From Candidatus Cloacimonadales bacterium (GTDB taxonomy: Bacteria > Cloacimonadota > Cloacimonadia > Cloacimonadales > JAIOQZ01), in contig OY771587.1 of the NCBI GenBank assembly GCA_963674825.1, positions 3,712,001-3,776,000 of the forward strand: a DNA stretch of 64,000 nt, read 5' to 3'. This document shows, in pieces, positions 28,740-39,882 of the stretch (positions are counted from its first letter, which is position 1; the number at the start of each line of letters is the position of its first letter). The notes beneath the pieces are model-generated. The model had not been told where the DNA came from, made no database searches, and saw only the letters and a list, made by a program, of their open reading frames with translations. The position numbers were made by a program, and so were the translations under genes.

Positions 28740-29876
28740 ATGAAAAAGCTACTTGTTTCGCTTGTTTTAATGATGACAATGTTAGTGCTTATGGCACAGG
28801 ATATTACGGATGAACTACCGAATGATGATCTTGAATCACAACTTGAAATGCTCTCGGGCGACGCAGCGAAATCGTATGTCTCTCCCCTGACCTCACCTTT
28901 CGGAGCCAACATGAACAGTGGCTGGTTCCAGCAAGCTCCCCGTTCCAAAAGCCTCGCGCTCAACATCTCCATGAAGATTGTGGTGATGGGAACGAATTTC
29001 CAGGACGACCAAAAGAGCTTTGCGACAACCGGATCCTTCCGTTTCACGCGCAGCCAGGCAGAATCGATCGTCGGAAACAGCGGTTACGATTCGACCCATC
29101 CGCTCTATGAAGAGCTCGTGCAGGAAGTGATGTCGCACGACTACACTGTGGGAATCGAAGGCCCGACTATCATTGGCGATAAAGATGACAACATCGATAT
29201 CTTCTTTGGTGGTGATACACTGACAGTCGTCAACCCCGTCACCCAGCTCGAGGAAGAATATTACGTTGAGGAAGAAACGATCGGACTACCGGTTCATGGT
29301 ATCCTGGAAGATTTCAGCATGCTGCCACAGTTCGCGCCGCAGTTGTCTCTCGGTACAATCATGGGAACAATGGTTGTAGTTCGTTTCCTGCCAAACGTGA
29401 ACATCAACGAAGAGATCGGCGAGCTCACCTACTGGGGTGTTGGCGTGCAGCACAATCCCATCGTATGGATGAGCGATTTCGTCGATTTCGTTATTCCGAT
29501 CGATATATCTCTGAGCGCGTTCTACCAGCAACTGGAAGTTGGAAGCATCATGAAGACGCAGGCCTTCGCTGGAGGAATCAACGTCAGTAAAACACTCGGC
29601 ATTCCCACACTCAGCGTTACGCCTTACGCGGGGCTCCTGATAGAGAATTCACATACCGAATTCAAATATACCTATATGCTGGATGATACAGACAACTATA
29701 ACACACCAGCCGACTTGCAAGAACAAAATGTCTCGTTCAACATCGATGGCGATAACCAATACCGTTTTGTGGCGGGACTTGCCGCTCAGCTCAGCATCTT
29801 CCAGCTCAGCTTCGACTATAATTTCTCCGAGTACGATTCTTTCTCGGCGTCGCTCGGAATCGGAATGAAGTTCTAA
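28740..29876 (+). CDS. Exported protein, probable outer-membrane beta-barrel (DUF6588-like)
   Basis: Signal peptide; FGANMNSGWF; amphipathic strands; terminal Phe. Confidence 0.6.
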   Translation: MKKLLVSLVLMMTMLVLMAQDITDELPNDDLESQLEMLSGDAAKSYVSPLTSPFGANMNSGWFQQAPRSKSLALNISMKIVVMGTNFQDDQKSFATTGSFRFTRSQAESIVGNSGYDSTHPLYEELVQEVMSHDYTVGIEGPTIIGDKDDNIDIFFGGDTLTVVNPVTQLEEEYYVEEETIGLPVHGILEDFSMLPQFAPQLSLGTIMGTMVVVRFLPNVNINEEIGELTYWGVGVQHNPIVWMSDFVDFVIPIDISLSAFYQQLEVGSIMKTQAFAGGINVSKTLGIPTLSVTPYAGLLIENSHTEFKYTYMLDDTDNYNTPADLQEQNVSFNIDGDNQYRFVAGLAAQLSIFQLSFDYNFSEYDSFSASLGIGMKF

Positions 29877-29881
29877 CCACA

Positions 29882-30445
29882 ATGCCAGATTGCTATCAGA
29901 CGATCCTCGCTCGTCAGAGCGTCAGGAGCTTCTCGTCCGACCCCGTACCGGAGGACGTTATCGAGAGAATCCTGGAAGCTGGCAGAGCAGCGCCATCGGC
30001 GCAGAATCGTCAGTGCTGGCGCTTCATTGTGGTTCAGGATAAAGATACGATCCGAAAGCTGGCACTCAAGAGCGGATTCATTGGCGCTATCAATTTCTTC
30101 CTGAAAGACGTGCCCTTGATTATCGTTGCCTGCGCGGATCCCAAACACAGCGTCCGTCTTAACGACCAGGACTATTATCTTGTTGACACGTCCATCGCTT
30201 TTCAGCAAATAATGCTTGCTGCGCTCGATTTCGGAATCGGTAGTTGCTGGCTTGCTGCATTCAATGAAAATGCGGTCCGCAAGATACTGAGTATCCCCGA
30301 TAGTATCCGGGTGGTGGGCATGAGCCCGTTCGGCTATCCGAAAGATCGCGAGAGCTTCTACGGAAGGCTGGTCAAAGGCTTCGCTGGAAGCACGAAACGC
30401 CATCCGATGGAGAAAATCGTTTGCCGGGAGAAATGGACGCTGTAA
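29882..30445 (+). CDS. Nitroreductase family protein
   Basis: RQSVRSF, APSAQNRQCWRF, GIGSCWL, GYP. Confidence 0.92.
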   Translation: MPDCYQTILARQSVRSFSSDPVPEDVIERILEAGRAAPSAQNRQCWRFIVVQDKDTIRKLALKSGFIGAINFFLKDVPLIIVACADPKHSVRLNDQDYYLVDTSIAFQQIMLAALDFGIGSCWLAAFNENAVRKILSIPDSIRVVGMSPFGYPKDRESFYGRLVKGFAGSTKRHPMEKIVCREKWTL

Positions 30446-30470
30446 ATTTTCATTACAAACGGAGGTACCT

Positions 30471-31538
30471 ATGAAGAGAGAATTTATACATCAGCTGCCC
30501 AAAGCAGACTTGCATGTGCATCTGGACGGCTCGCTGCGGCTGTCGACCATTTTCGAACTCGCTGAGCAGCAAAAAGTGAAGCTTCCCGCTTCCAAGCCGG
30601 AAGAACTCATGAAAATCGTCAGTTGTGACGAAGCCTGCAAAAGCCTGGACGAATACCTGCGCGGATTCGGCGTTACGCTTTCTGTGCTTCAGACTGAGGA
30701 TGCACTGGCACGTGCAGCCTATGAACTCGCTGAAGACGCAGCGAACGAGAATGTCCGTTATATGGAAGTCCGCTACTCCCCTATCCTGCACACGCAGAAG
30801 GGCTTGAAGCTCACCCAGATCTCCGAAGCGGTTATCGATGGCCTCCATCAGGCGGAACGTAAATTCGATATCCACACCGGCGTCATTATCTGCGGTATCC
30901 GCAACATGGACCCGGCTACATCGCTGACGTTGGCAGAACTCGCAATTGCTTACAAGAACAAAGGCGTTCTCGGATTCGACCTCGCTGGCTCGGAATACAA
31001 TCATCCAGCCAAGGATCACCAGGCCGCGTTCGACCTCGCTCGCCGTAACAACCTCAACATCACCATCCACGCGGGTGAAGCGTACGGCCCGGAAAGTATC
31101 CACCAGGCACTGCATTATTGCGGTACACACCGTATTGGCCACGGTACGCGTCTGATCGAAAACGGTGACCTTCTCAATTTCGTAAACGACCACCGTATCC
31201 CGCTGGAAATCTGCTTAAAAAGTAACATGCACACCAAGGCTGTTCCGTCCATCAAAGAACATCCGATCAAGTTCTACATCGATTACGGCCTGCGTGTTAC
31301 AATGAACACCGATAATCGCTTGATCTCGAACACCACAATGACCGAAGAATACATGCTCGCGCACGATATCCTCGGCCTCGATTATCAGGACATCAAGAAT
31401 CTGATCATCAATGGATTCAAGAGCTCGTTCTATCCCTACAAAGAGAAAGTCAAGCTTCTCAACCGGGCATTGGCCGAGATGGAAGTGCTCGAAGAAGCCG
31501 AACTTAAGAAGAAAGTGAAAATCGAAGAAAAGATGTAG
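30471..31538 (+). CDS. add: Adenosine deaminase
   Basis: DLHVHLDGS, TIHAGE, RIGHG, NTDN. Confidence 0.93.
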   Translation: MKREFIHQLPKADLHVHLDGSLRLSTIFELAEQQKVKLPASKPEELMKIVSCDEACKSLDEYLRGFGVTLSVLQTEDALARAAYELAEDAANENVRYMEVRYSPILHTQKGLKLTQISEAVIDGLHQAERKFDIHTGVIICGIRNMDPATSLTLAELAIAYKNKGVLGFDLAGSEYNHPAKDHQAAFDLARRNNLNITIHAGEAYGPESIHQALHYCGTHRIGHGTRLIENGDLLNFVNDHRIPLEICLKSNMHTKAVPSIKEHPIKFYIDYGLRVTMNTDNRLISNTTMTEEYMLAHDILGLDYQDIKNLIINGFKSSFYPYKEKVKLLNRALAEMEVLEEAELKKKVKIEEKM

Positions 31539-31641
31539 CTTTTCAATCCTGGAAGGGAATTGTTACGGACCGGGGCGGTTGCCCCGGTAGCAGACGGGTA
31601 GATAATAAATTAGCTATAACAACTTAAAGAAACACTTCAGC

Positions 31642-32955
31642 TCAATCTCTATCTTCTCTCATCAACCAAAATGGAATGATCTGCCTGTATTGCCGATCTT
31701 TTCGCTCAAGTATCAAATCATGCAATCCATTCGGTAGATTTCCAAGCGGTATATACGTCAGGACACCGAGATCCCGCTCGTTCGGATGCTGATAAAACCT
31801 GAATTTGTATGTACATTGAAGCGAATCGTCGATCGTTATCTTATACTGATTCTGGTAGTATTCCAAGATTTGCTCTTGAGAAGCAACATCGGTATGACCA
31901 CCGAAATTTATGTATTCCATGAATAGCTCATCATGCAATGGTTCAATGCTATCGATGGAATCCTGAATGCAAATATTGTCCTCCATTTCGTAAGGAATAT
32001 ACAGCCGCAGATACGAATCAGTGATCAGCTCGGATTGGATTGTCGGCATAATCCAAGTTGGTGATTTCCCGTCATTCGTTCCCCTATCGGTCGGATCGTG
32101 TAAGGTCATATCCTCGTATTCATTGGGATTGATAACCAGATTACTACCACTGAGAGGAAAGAAAACCCGTTTATCCATTCTTATTCCAGCAAAAATCACA
32201 ATAATCACGACGATATACAGCGCAAAGATCATCAGGAATCGCTTGCGTGACAATGTCCTGATAATGGCGCTATAAATACGGTGGGAAAGGAATCCCAGCG
32301 TTATGAAGCCAACCCAACGCGACAATAGATTATATGAACGGGCAAACCATTTTGCTTTGATTCCCGAGATTACGCCGACAGAAAGAAAATCTATCAGCTT
32401 CAATATGCCGACGGCCGTGTAAATCAACAGAATAACCAGTACCAGCACGCGGTATGGTATTAGCATGAATGAAGGAACCGATTTCCCAGCAATAACCGTA
32501 ATGAACGACCAAGTGATCATATAGATTCCGGTAGAGATTGTGACGAACACGATCAGGAAAGTCAGCGCGAAAATGATGCTGCATGTGTCATCAAGCTTTC
32601 GGATGTTCCTGAGAAGTTTGCGTTCACGTTTTCGATCCTTACGGCTATGGATTGACGAATCAAGCCCGATCAGTCCGATCCAGTATCCACGGAGGATCAA
32701 AAGCAGAATCAAATTGAGGATGACCACTTTGACGCTGGTGTCGAGCATCCGCCAGATAACACCGATTGAGTTTCGAGCAAAGCTAGAGATGATCTGCAAT
32801 CCAACAAAGGTTTTCAGGTTGATCAGTAAATCCGGTATCTGGAAAAGGCCGAACAGAACAAAGCCAGTGATGAGCAGTTCCATTTCCCAGCTATTGTTAC
32901 GCAGGTGTTCCAGCCAGTTTCTTTTTGTGTTTGAGTCGTTTTCGTGCAGTCTCAT
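31642..32955 (-). CDS. Multi-pass membrane hypothetical protein
   Basis: SWEMELLITG, LRGYWIGLIGL; about 6 hydrophobic segments. Confidence 0.7.
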   Translation of the reverse strand: MRLHENDSNTKRNWLEHLRNNSWEMELLITGFVLFGLFQIPDLLINLKTFVGLQIISSFARNSIGVIWRMLDTSVKVVILNLILLLILRGYWIGLIGLDSSIHSRKDRKRERKLLRNIRKLDDTCSIIFALTFLIVFVTISTGIYMITWSFITVIAGKSVPSFMLIPYRVLVLVILLIYTAVGILKLIDFLSVGVISGIKAKWFARSYNLLSRWVGFITLGFLSHRIYSAIIRTLSRKRFLMIFALYIVVIIVIFAGIRMDKRVFFPLSGSNLVINPNEYEDMTLHDPTDRGTNDGKSPTWIMPTIQSELITDSYLRLYIPYEMEDNICIQDSIDSIEPLHDELFMEYINFGGHTDVASQEQILEYYQNQYKITIDDSLQCTYKFRFYQHPNERDLGVLTYIPLGNLPNGLHDLILERKDRQYRQIIPFWLMREDRD

Positions 32956-33068
32956 TTGATCCCCGCAAGAATTTTCTGAATCATTTATCGTTGAGGTGTC
33001 ATGTCAAGCAAATAAATCTTGCCAAATTCGCCCATCGCTTAGGTTTGGTTCGTAAATCAGAGGGAGCC

Positions 33069-36000
33069 ATGCTGTATCAAAAACTAAAACCATACTTCGA
33101 GCAATCCGAATTCTTCAAAGAGATCGCTAAGCGTCTGGATGAATCGACATCAGGCGACCTGTTCTTCAATCTGAACCACTCGTCTAAAGCCGCGATCATC
33201 GCACACGTGTTTCAGCACACAGGCAAGAGTATTCTCTTTGTCAGCGCGGACGACAAGATGGCCGAGGATTACCTGGACGACTTCCAATTGCTCGTAGGAC
33301 AGGACAACGCATGCTTCCTGCCTGACTTCGAGGTGCTCCCCTACGAAGAGCGGTCACCCCACTACACCATCCGGGCTCAGCGTATCGAGACCCTCTCGCG
33401 CGCTGTATCCAGCAAGCCGCAGATATTCAGCCTTCCCATCCGGTCACTGCTACGAAAGATAACCTCACGCAAGATTTTCGAGAGCAATCTCATCCACCTG
33501 GAGCAAGGCAGCGAATACAAGCCGGATCAATTAATATCCAAGCTCGTAGGACTCGGTTACAGCAACGAATATCAGGTATCACGCGTGGGTGAGCTGGCTC
33601 GTCGCGGTGGAATCATCGATATCTTCAGCCCAAACCTGATGCATCCGGTGCGTGTAGAATATTTTGGCGATGAAATCGATTCAATCCGCGAATTCAACGT
33701 AACAACACAACGCTCTATTGGCACGGAGCTCAAGGAAATAACGCTCATCCCATCGCGAGAATTTTCCATACACGATATCGAAGCAGACGAAAAGCTTTGG
33801 GAACGCATCCATTCCGATGGCTTTTACGAAGGAATCGAGCTCGATGTTCCGCTGCTTCTTCCGGAACTACAAACATTCAGTGATTATTTCAACATAGACG
33901 ACATCATTCTGTTTTTCGATGAATACCAGTTTTTCCATACTTATCTTGCCGAGATCACGGATGAAACCAACGACCTCTGGGCCAAGACGCGACAGAAACA
34001 AAAACGTCGAATCATTCCTGATCCCGATCAACTCTTTGCGGACGACAAGTTCATCAAGAAATTGATGAAGACTCATCAGCACTACTTCGTCTCGGCTTCA
34101 TACCAGACCTTCGACGCGGCCAAGACAACGCTTGAAGCGCCCATTATCTCACAGACCAACATGCACTCCGACTTGAACCTTTTAGAGCAGAGCCTGCACC
34201 AAAAGTTGAACGACGGCTACAAGATCATCATCCAGTCGGACAACCGCAGCCAGAGCAAGCGTATGCGCGATCTACTGCCTAATTACGAGGAGCGGATCGA
34301 ATTCATCATCGGCGTGTTTCACCGTGGCTGGAACCTGCAAGATGCCAAACTGGCGATCTTCACCGACCACGAGATCTTCAGTCGCTACAAACGCAAAAAG
34401 CATTTCACGCGGTTCTCCCGCGAAGAAGCACTGGTTGATTACGAGGCCATGAAGCCCGGTGATTTCATCGTGCATATCGACTACGGAATCGGCTCCTACC
34501 TGGGCCTGAAGAAGGTCCGCGTGGAAGGCAACGAGATCGAATGTCTCACCATTGCCTACGCTGGTAATGACACCGTTTATGTCCCCACCTATCAGCTCGA
34601 TCTGGTATCGCGCTATGTTTCGGAAGAAGGGTTTGTCCCGCAGATCCACAAGCTTGGCTCCAAGAAGTGGGAAAACACGCGATCCAAGGCCAGGAAGCAG
34701 ATCGAGCTCGTCGTCGAAGACCTCGTCAAACTCTACGCCGAACGACGCCTTCGCAAGGGCATCGCATTCGATGCAGACAACGAGTGGCAGAAGGAGATGG
34801 AGGACGCCTTTATCTACGAAGACACGCCTGATCAACGCAAATCGACAGAGGATATCAAGAAGGACATGGAATCCGATGCGCCCATGGAGCGATTACTCTG
34901 CGGCGACGTGGGATTCGGCAAGACAGAAGTGGCTATTCGCGCGGCATTCAAGGCCGTTGTCAGTGGCTATCAGGTGGCGGTGCTGGTTCCAACCACGCTG
35001 CTGGCCGAACAGCATTACCACGTATTCAAGGAGCGCTTGGCACAGTATCCGGTGCATGTCGCCATGCTCAGTCGTTTCCGCACACCGGCCAACGTCAAGA
35101 AGGATATCCTCAAAATGCGCGAAGGCAAGGTGGATATCGTCATCGGCACGCACAGGCTGCTTTCGGAGGACGTGAAGTTCAAGCGGCTCGGACTTCTGAT
35201 CGTCGATGAGGAGCACCGTTTCGGCGTGAAGCACAAAGAGAAGCTCCGGAAGCTGAAGGCGAACGTCGATACGCTCTATATGTCCGCGACGCCCATCCCT
35301 CGCACCATGAATATGGCGCTCTCAAAGCTCAAGGAGATGTCTCTCATCCAGACATCACCTAAAGCGCGGCTTCCCGTTCGAACCATCATTGTCCCCTTTG
35401 ACGAAGAGATCATCAAGGACGCTATCAACCGCGAGATCGACCGTGGCGGACAGGTTTTCTTCGTGCATAATCGCGTTCAGACTATCGACAGCATGGCTAC
35501 CGATCTCAAGAAGCTCATGCCACAGGTTCGATTCAAGGTAGCACACGGCCAGATGCCGGAGAAACAGCTTGAAGCGGTCATGCTCGAGTTCGCGCATCAC
35601 CAGTTTGACGTCCTCATCGCATCGACCATCATCGAATCGGGTATCGATATCCCCAACGCCAATACCATGATCGTCAATCGTGCCGATATGTTCGGCCTGG
35701 CACAGCTCTATCAGATTCGCGGACGCGTTGGACGAAGCAACCGACGCGCCTACGCCTATCTAATGATCCCGCGCAAGTTAACAGAAGATTCCCGCAGAAG
35801 GCTGGAAACCCTCACCGAGTACGATTATCTCGGAGCTGGCTACCAGATCGCCATGCGCGATCTCGAATTGCGCGGCGCTGGTACACTGCTTGGAACAAAG
35901 CAGAGCGGCGTGATCAACTCCATCGGTTTTAATTACTATAACAGACTGCTGGAGCAGGCTGTTGAGAACATGGAGAAGGAAAATCCGGCAGGACTCTGGG

Positions 36001-36470
36001 ACGACGACCAACCCCAGGAAGAGACGCGCATCCGACTTGAAGCGGATTTCTATTTCCCATCCGACTACATCGCGAACGAAGAAGTACGTCTCCAAGTTTA
36101 TCGTCGCATGCAGAAGTTCGACAAACCAGAGGAATTCGATTCACTCTCGGAAGAGCTCAAAGATCGCTTCGGCGAGCTTCCCAAGCCGGCCATTCGTGCC
36201 TTGCGTTTCTACAGGCTGCGGCTCATGGCGAAGCATTGCGGACTCAGCACGCTTCATTTCAAGCGAGATGATATCGTACTGGAATTCGACCAGAAGCGCC
36301 TCCCGGCCCGTGATAAAATCGCGCGAGTCGTATCCGAATTCAAGTTCCCAGTTCGCTTTGATACTACCGGCGGACTGAAGATATTCTTCACTGTTCAGAC
36401 TGAGCCAGATTACCGCCAGGAGCAGCAGACGGAAATCGCAGAAAACATCCTGAAGTTCTTCGCGGGATGA
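33069..36470 (+). CDS. mfd: Transcription-repair coupling factor
   Basis: CGDVGFGKTEV, DEEHRFG, QIRGRVGRS, DLELRGAG, TRCF C-terminus; ATG 33069 with RBS. Confidence 0.98.
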   Translation: MLYQKLKPYFEQSEFFKEIAKRLDESTSGDLFFNLNHSSKAAIIAHVFQHTGKSILFVSADDKMAEDYLDDFQLLVGQDNACFLPDFEVLPYEERSPHYTIRAQRIETLSRAVSSKPQIFSLPIRSLLRKITSRKIFESNLIHLEQGSEYKPDQLISKLVGLGYSNEYQVSRVGELARRGGIIDIFSPNLMHPVRVEYFGDEIDSIREFNVTTQRSIGTELKEITLIPSREFSIHDIEADEKLWERIHSDGFYEGIELDVPLLLPELQTFSDYFNIDDIILFFDEYQFFHTYLAEITDETNDLWAKTRQKQKRRIIPDPDQLFADDKFIKKLMKTHQHYFVSASYQTFDAAKTTLEAPIISQTNMHSDLNLLEQSLHQKLNDGYKIIIQSDNRSQSKRMRDLLPNYEERIEFIIGVFHRGWNLQDAKLAIFTDHEIFSRYKRKKHFTRFSREEALVDYEAMKPGDFIVHIDYGIGSYLGLKKVRVEGNEIECLTIAYAGNDTVYVPTYQLDLVSRYVSEEGFVPQIHKLGSKKWENTRSKARKQIELVVEDLVKLYAERRLRKGIAFDADNEWQKEMEDAFIYEDTPDQRKSTEDIKKDMESDAPMERLLCGDVGFGKTEVAIRAAFKAVVSGYQVAVLVPTTLLAEQHYHVFKERLAQYPVHVAMLSRFRTPANVKKDILKMREGKVDIVIGTHRLLSEDVKFKRLGLLIVDEEHRFGVKHKEKLRKLKANVDTLYMSATPIPRTMNMALSKLKEMSLIQTSPKARLPVRTIIVPFDEEIIKDAINREIDRGGQVFFVHNRVQTIDSMATDLKKLMPQVRFKVAHGQMPEKQLEAVMLEFAHHQFDVLIASTIIESGIDIPNANTMIVNRADMFGLAQLYQIRGRVGRSNRRAYAYLMIPRKLTEDSRRRLETLTEYDYLGAGYQIAMRDLELRGAGTLLGTKQSGVINSIGFNYYNRLLEQAVENMEKENPAGLWDDDQPQEETRIRLEADFYFPSDYIANEEVRLQVYRRMQKFDKPEEFDSLSEELKDRFGELPKPAIRALRFYRLRLMAKHCGLSTLHFKRDDIVLEFDQKRLPARDKIARVVSEFKFPVRFDTTGGLKIFFTVQTEPDYRQEQQTEIAENILKFFAG

Positions 36471-36588
36471 TCAGCATTACCTGAATTCTGATTCAGCAGT
36501 TGCTTGGCGATCTGCCTGACTAATATTTCTTTGGCAAATCCTCGCGCTATCTTTACATTGTTTTTATACAATACAAGCTGGAGGATCT

Positions 36589-37524
36589 ATGAAACCCATT
36601 CACATTCTATTGTTTGTTGCGATTATATTGTCGCCAATCATGCTTTCAGCGCAGAAAATCGGCGTCATGTGGTATACAAAATCATCGATGTCCGATCGCG
36701 TTTATAAGGGCTTCTCTGAGCATTTTGCCAAGCTTGCCCCAAACGTGGACATTGAAAAGCATCCAGCACTCACGACGTTGGATGAAGTCGATAAGATTTA
36801 TAAACAGTTCAGCGGGGAGAAAGACGCAATTATATTCCTGCGGTCGCACGGTGCAGACTATTTGCAAGACCACCCTATTTCGATACCAGGCTTTATAGGC
36901 GCAGCTAATGATCCGGTTCAATTGGGTATCGTACCGGCCATCGATACCCCTCCAGGCAAGAACATCACAGGCGTTACCTATTTTCTACCGCATGAATTGC
37001 AGATGAAAGTATTCTCTACTATGATTCCCAACATCAAGAAGATCGGTCTGATGCTGGAAGAAGGACATCCGGGAACGCCAATTGACCGTGCAAACACCCA
37101 GGCTGCATGCAAAAAATACGGGATCGAATACCATGAATCGGTATGCAAGACCGAAGACCAGCTTGCCGGTGGCGTGAAAAAGCTCCTTGATCAAGGTGTC
37201 GATCTAATCATCATCGCCAACCCGAATCTGGTTACGGATAACACTGGCATCATCATCGAAGCGGCAGGGACAACACCCGTTGTTTCGTATGCTGAAACAT
37301 CGATTCGTAAAGGTGCACTTGGCGGACTCGTACCCAGTGACGAGAAGCTGGGTATGCTGCTTGCAAACGCGGTTTTCAAGGTGGTAGTTGAGAAAGTTCC
37401 GATCACAGATGTACCAATCCAGTACGACCAAGAGCCGAATCTGCTAATCAACAAGGAAGCACTCAAGCGGTACCATATCGAAGTGCCTCTGGATCTCCTA
37501 AAAACCACGAAGTTCGTCGAATAA
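36589..37524 (+). CDS. ABC transporter substrate-binding protein (ABC_sub_bind-like)
   Basis: Signal peptide; DPVQLGIV, PGKNITGV, IKKIG. Confidence 0.8.
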   Translation: MKPIHILLFVAIILSPIMLSAQKIGVMWYTKSSMSDRVYKGFSEHFAKLAPNVDIEKHPALTTLDEVDKIYKQFSGEKDAIIFLRSHGADYLQDHPISIPGFIGAANDPVQLGIVPAIDTPPGKNITGVTYFLPHELQMKVFSTMIPNIKKIGLMLEEGHPGTPIDRANTQAACKKYGIEYHESVCKTEDQLAGGVKKLLDQGVDLIIIANPNLVTDNTGIIIEAAGTTPVVSYAETSIRKGALGGLVPSDEKLGMLLANAVFKVVVEKVPITDVPIQYDQEPNLLINKEALKRYHIEVPLDLLKTTKFVE

Positions 37525-37551
37525 TTGGCTATTACCTTTCATACATACAAG

Positions 37552-37587
37552 AACAGGATATCCTCTCAATGGGTATCCTGTTTTTTT
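37552..37587 (+). terminator. Intrinsic terminator
   Basis: AACAGGATATCC...GGGTATCCTGTT plus T-run. Confidence 0.7.
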
Positions 37588-37707
37588 ACCAAAACGTGAA
37601 GAAATACACGATCGGAAATACATTCAGACATTTATCTCATGCCTGAAATCTTGACAACCATTCACGTTCCATAAATCTGGTGTAAATGCAGAATCAAGGG
37701 GTATCGT

Positions 37708-38364
37708 TTGAAAAGGTTTTCGTTGATTGTTTTGGTCTTAATGATCGTCAGCGCTACGCTTGCAGTTGAAAAACCATCACTGGCAAGGCTGCATTACGAC
37801 GGTGGCGGAGACTGGTACAACAACCCGGATATCCTCACCAATCTGATTGAATTCACAAACCGAACGCTCGGCACCGATTTCGCCGTCGATCAGGCAGTTG
37901 TGAAGCCGGACGATCCCAAGATCTTCGACTACCCGTTTCTCTTCATGACAGGGCACGGTAACATCGCTTTCTCGAACAAGGATATCGACAACCTCCGAAA
38001 GTACCTCGAACGTGGTGGATTCCTCTATGCCGACGACGACTATGGCATGGACGAATCGTTCAGGCGCGAGATCAAGAAGCTACTGCCTGATCTCGAGATG
38101 GTCGAACTCCCGGCGAACCACGAGATTTTTCACAGCTACTTCGATTTTCCGAAGGGCCTGCCCAAGACGCATGAACACGACGCACACAGACCGCAGGCTT
38201 ATGCCATCTTCGATTCCACCGGCCGCATGCTGGTATTCTACACCTACGAATCGAACATCAGCGATGGCTGGGCCGGACCACAGGTTCACCACGATCCGCC
38301 AGAAGTGCGCGAGACCGCACTCAAGATGGGCGTCAACTTACTCTATTATCTTCTGGCGGGATAA
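37708..38364 (+). CDS. DUF4159 family protein
   Basis: YDGGGDWY, YPFLFMTGHG, GGFLYADD, SDGW. Confidence 0.85.
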   Translation: MKRFSLIVLVLMIVSATLAVEKPSLARLHYDGGGDWYNNPDILTNLIEFTNRTLGTDFAVDQAVVKPDDPKIFDYPFLFMTGHGNIAFSNKDIDNLRKYLERGGFLYADDDYGMDESFRREIKKLLPDLEMVELPANHEIFHSYFDFPKGLPKTHEHDAHRPQAYAIFDSTGRMLVFYTYESNISDGWAGPQVHHDPPEVRETALKMGVNLLYYLLAG

Positions 38365-38365
38365 C

Positions 38366-39103
38366 ATGCGCGTCTATATTATATCTGATCTTCACCTTGG
38401 CTTCGACGACAGTCAGTTCGCTCACGCTCAGATGCACAAGGCATTCAACTTCATCGAGAGCATTCGGGGAAAAGCAGACATGCTCATCATGAACGGCGAT
38501 ATCTTTGATTTCTGGATGGAGTGGCGCAGCACCATCATCAAGAGCTACTTCCCCATCCTCAAAGCGCTTGCAGATTTGCAGGAGACCGGATGCCGGCTCG
38601 TTTTCATCGCTGGTAACCACGACTTCTGGTTCCGTGATTTCCTACCGAAACAGATTGGCATCGAACTCTATCAAGATAGCTTCGTAGAAACGATAGACGG
38701 TAAGAAGATCTTCGTCGCGCATGGCGACAATTACACCGCTAGCGATTTCCGCTACCATTTTTACCGCTCCATTATCCGTTTCCCACTGATGAAGCACATC
38801 GCCAGCATGTTCCATCCCGATTTCGCATTGTGGCTGGTCAAGAGGATTTCACGCTCCAGTCGGCGCATCGATCGTTCCGAAGAGCATGTCGAACGTATGG
38901 AAACCAACGGGCTGGTGAAGTCAGCCAGGAAAATTCTGCAACAACACGATATCGTCTTTTTTGCTCATTCTCACAATCCGCGTGTTATAAATCTGGAAAA
39001 CGGCGTTTATGCTAATAGCGGTGATTGGTTAAATAACAACAGCTACCTCACGCTCATCGAAGGCGAGGTTGAATTAAATTTCTGGAAGGAGGATACAACT
39101 TGA
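38366..39103 (+). CDS. lpxH: UDP-2,3-diacylglucosamine diphosphatase-like metallophosphoesterase
   Basis: SDLHLG, GDIFDFW, GNHD, AHGD, HSH, NSGDW. Confidence 0.8.
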   Translation: MRVYIISDLHLGFDDSQFAHAQMHKAFNFIESIRGKADMLIMNGDIFDFWMEWRSTIIKSYFPILKALADLQETGCRLVFIAGNHDFWFRDFLPKQIGIELYQDSFVETIDGKKIFVAHGDNYTASDFRYHFYRSIIRFPLMKHIASMFHPDFALWLVKRISRSSRRIDRSEEHVERMETNGLVKSARKILQQHDIVFFAHSHNPRVINLENGVYANSGDWLNNNSYLTLIEGEVELNFWKEDTT

Positions 39104-39882
39104 AACATCTGATTATCTTGCTGGCAGTCTTGAGTCTGTTCGGCGTACTAAAAGGAGAAAACACCGTGATTATCATGAAAACCAACTACGGCGATATGGA
39201 GATCGAACTCTGGAACGACGACGCTCCCAAGACCGTTGCTAACTTTATCGGCCTTGCCACTGGAACCAAAGAGTGGACCGACCCCAAGACAGGCGAAAAG
39301 GTCAAGAAACCCTTCTATAATGGGCTTACATTCCACCGCGTTATCAAAGACTTCATGATCCAGGGCGGATGTCCGCTCGGTACAGGAAGCGGCGGCCCGG
39401 GATATCGCTTTGAAGACGAATTCCCCACAACCGACCTTACAGGCGAGATAACCAACGAAGGCGACGCGCTTCAGGTTTACCTTCAGCTCATGGGACCGTA
39501 CATGGCAAAGACCAAGACTCCCGACCCGGAAATTCTTGCGATTGCCGAGCAAACTCAGAAGCTTCAAAACGGCTCAGCCATTATGAAACACCCGGTTGAA
39601 TGGTATCAGGAAAAGACCGGTATCACCGAACCGGTTCAAATCATGAAGCACACCGTCGATTACGGTACAATCTGTATGGCGAACTCTGGCCCGAACACCA
39701 ATGGCTCACAGTTTTTCATTGTCACGCTGAAAGACGGCTGCCCCTGGCTTAACGGCAAGCACACCGTGTTCGGTAAGGTCATCAAGGGTATGGATATCGC
39801 TCACAAGATCGAAAATGTAGAAAAAGCTCCTGGCGATAAGCCAGTCAAACCTGTGGTCATCGAGGAAATCGTCATAAAATGA
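39100..39882 (+). CDS. Cyclophilin-type peptidylprolyl isomerase
   Basis: FHRVIKDFMIQGG, MANSGPNTNGSQFF, LNGKHTVFGKV. Confidence 0.95.
   Translation: MKHLIILLAVLSLFGVLKGENTVIIMKTNYGDMEIELWNDDAPKTVANFIGLATGTKEWTDPKTGEKVKKPFYNGLTFHRVIKDFMIQGGCPLGTGSGGPGYRFEDEFPTTDLTGEITNEGDALQVYLQLMGPYMAKTKTPDPEILAIAEQTQKLQNGSAIMKHPVEWYQEKTGITEPVQIMKHTVDYGTICMANSGPNTNGSQFFIVTLKDGCPWLNGKHTVFGKVIKGMDIAHKIENVEKAPGDKPVKPVVIEEIVIK

Noticed and set aside
32925..33068. ORF-track 5' extension of mfd (similar extensions at 886, 14085, 16164, 38012 and 59082)
   Set aside because: The extensions overlap neighbouring genes or lack an RBS; downstream ATGs fit the RBS and family N-termini better.
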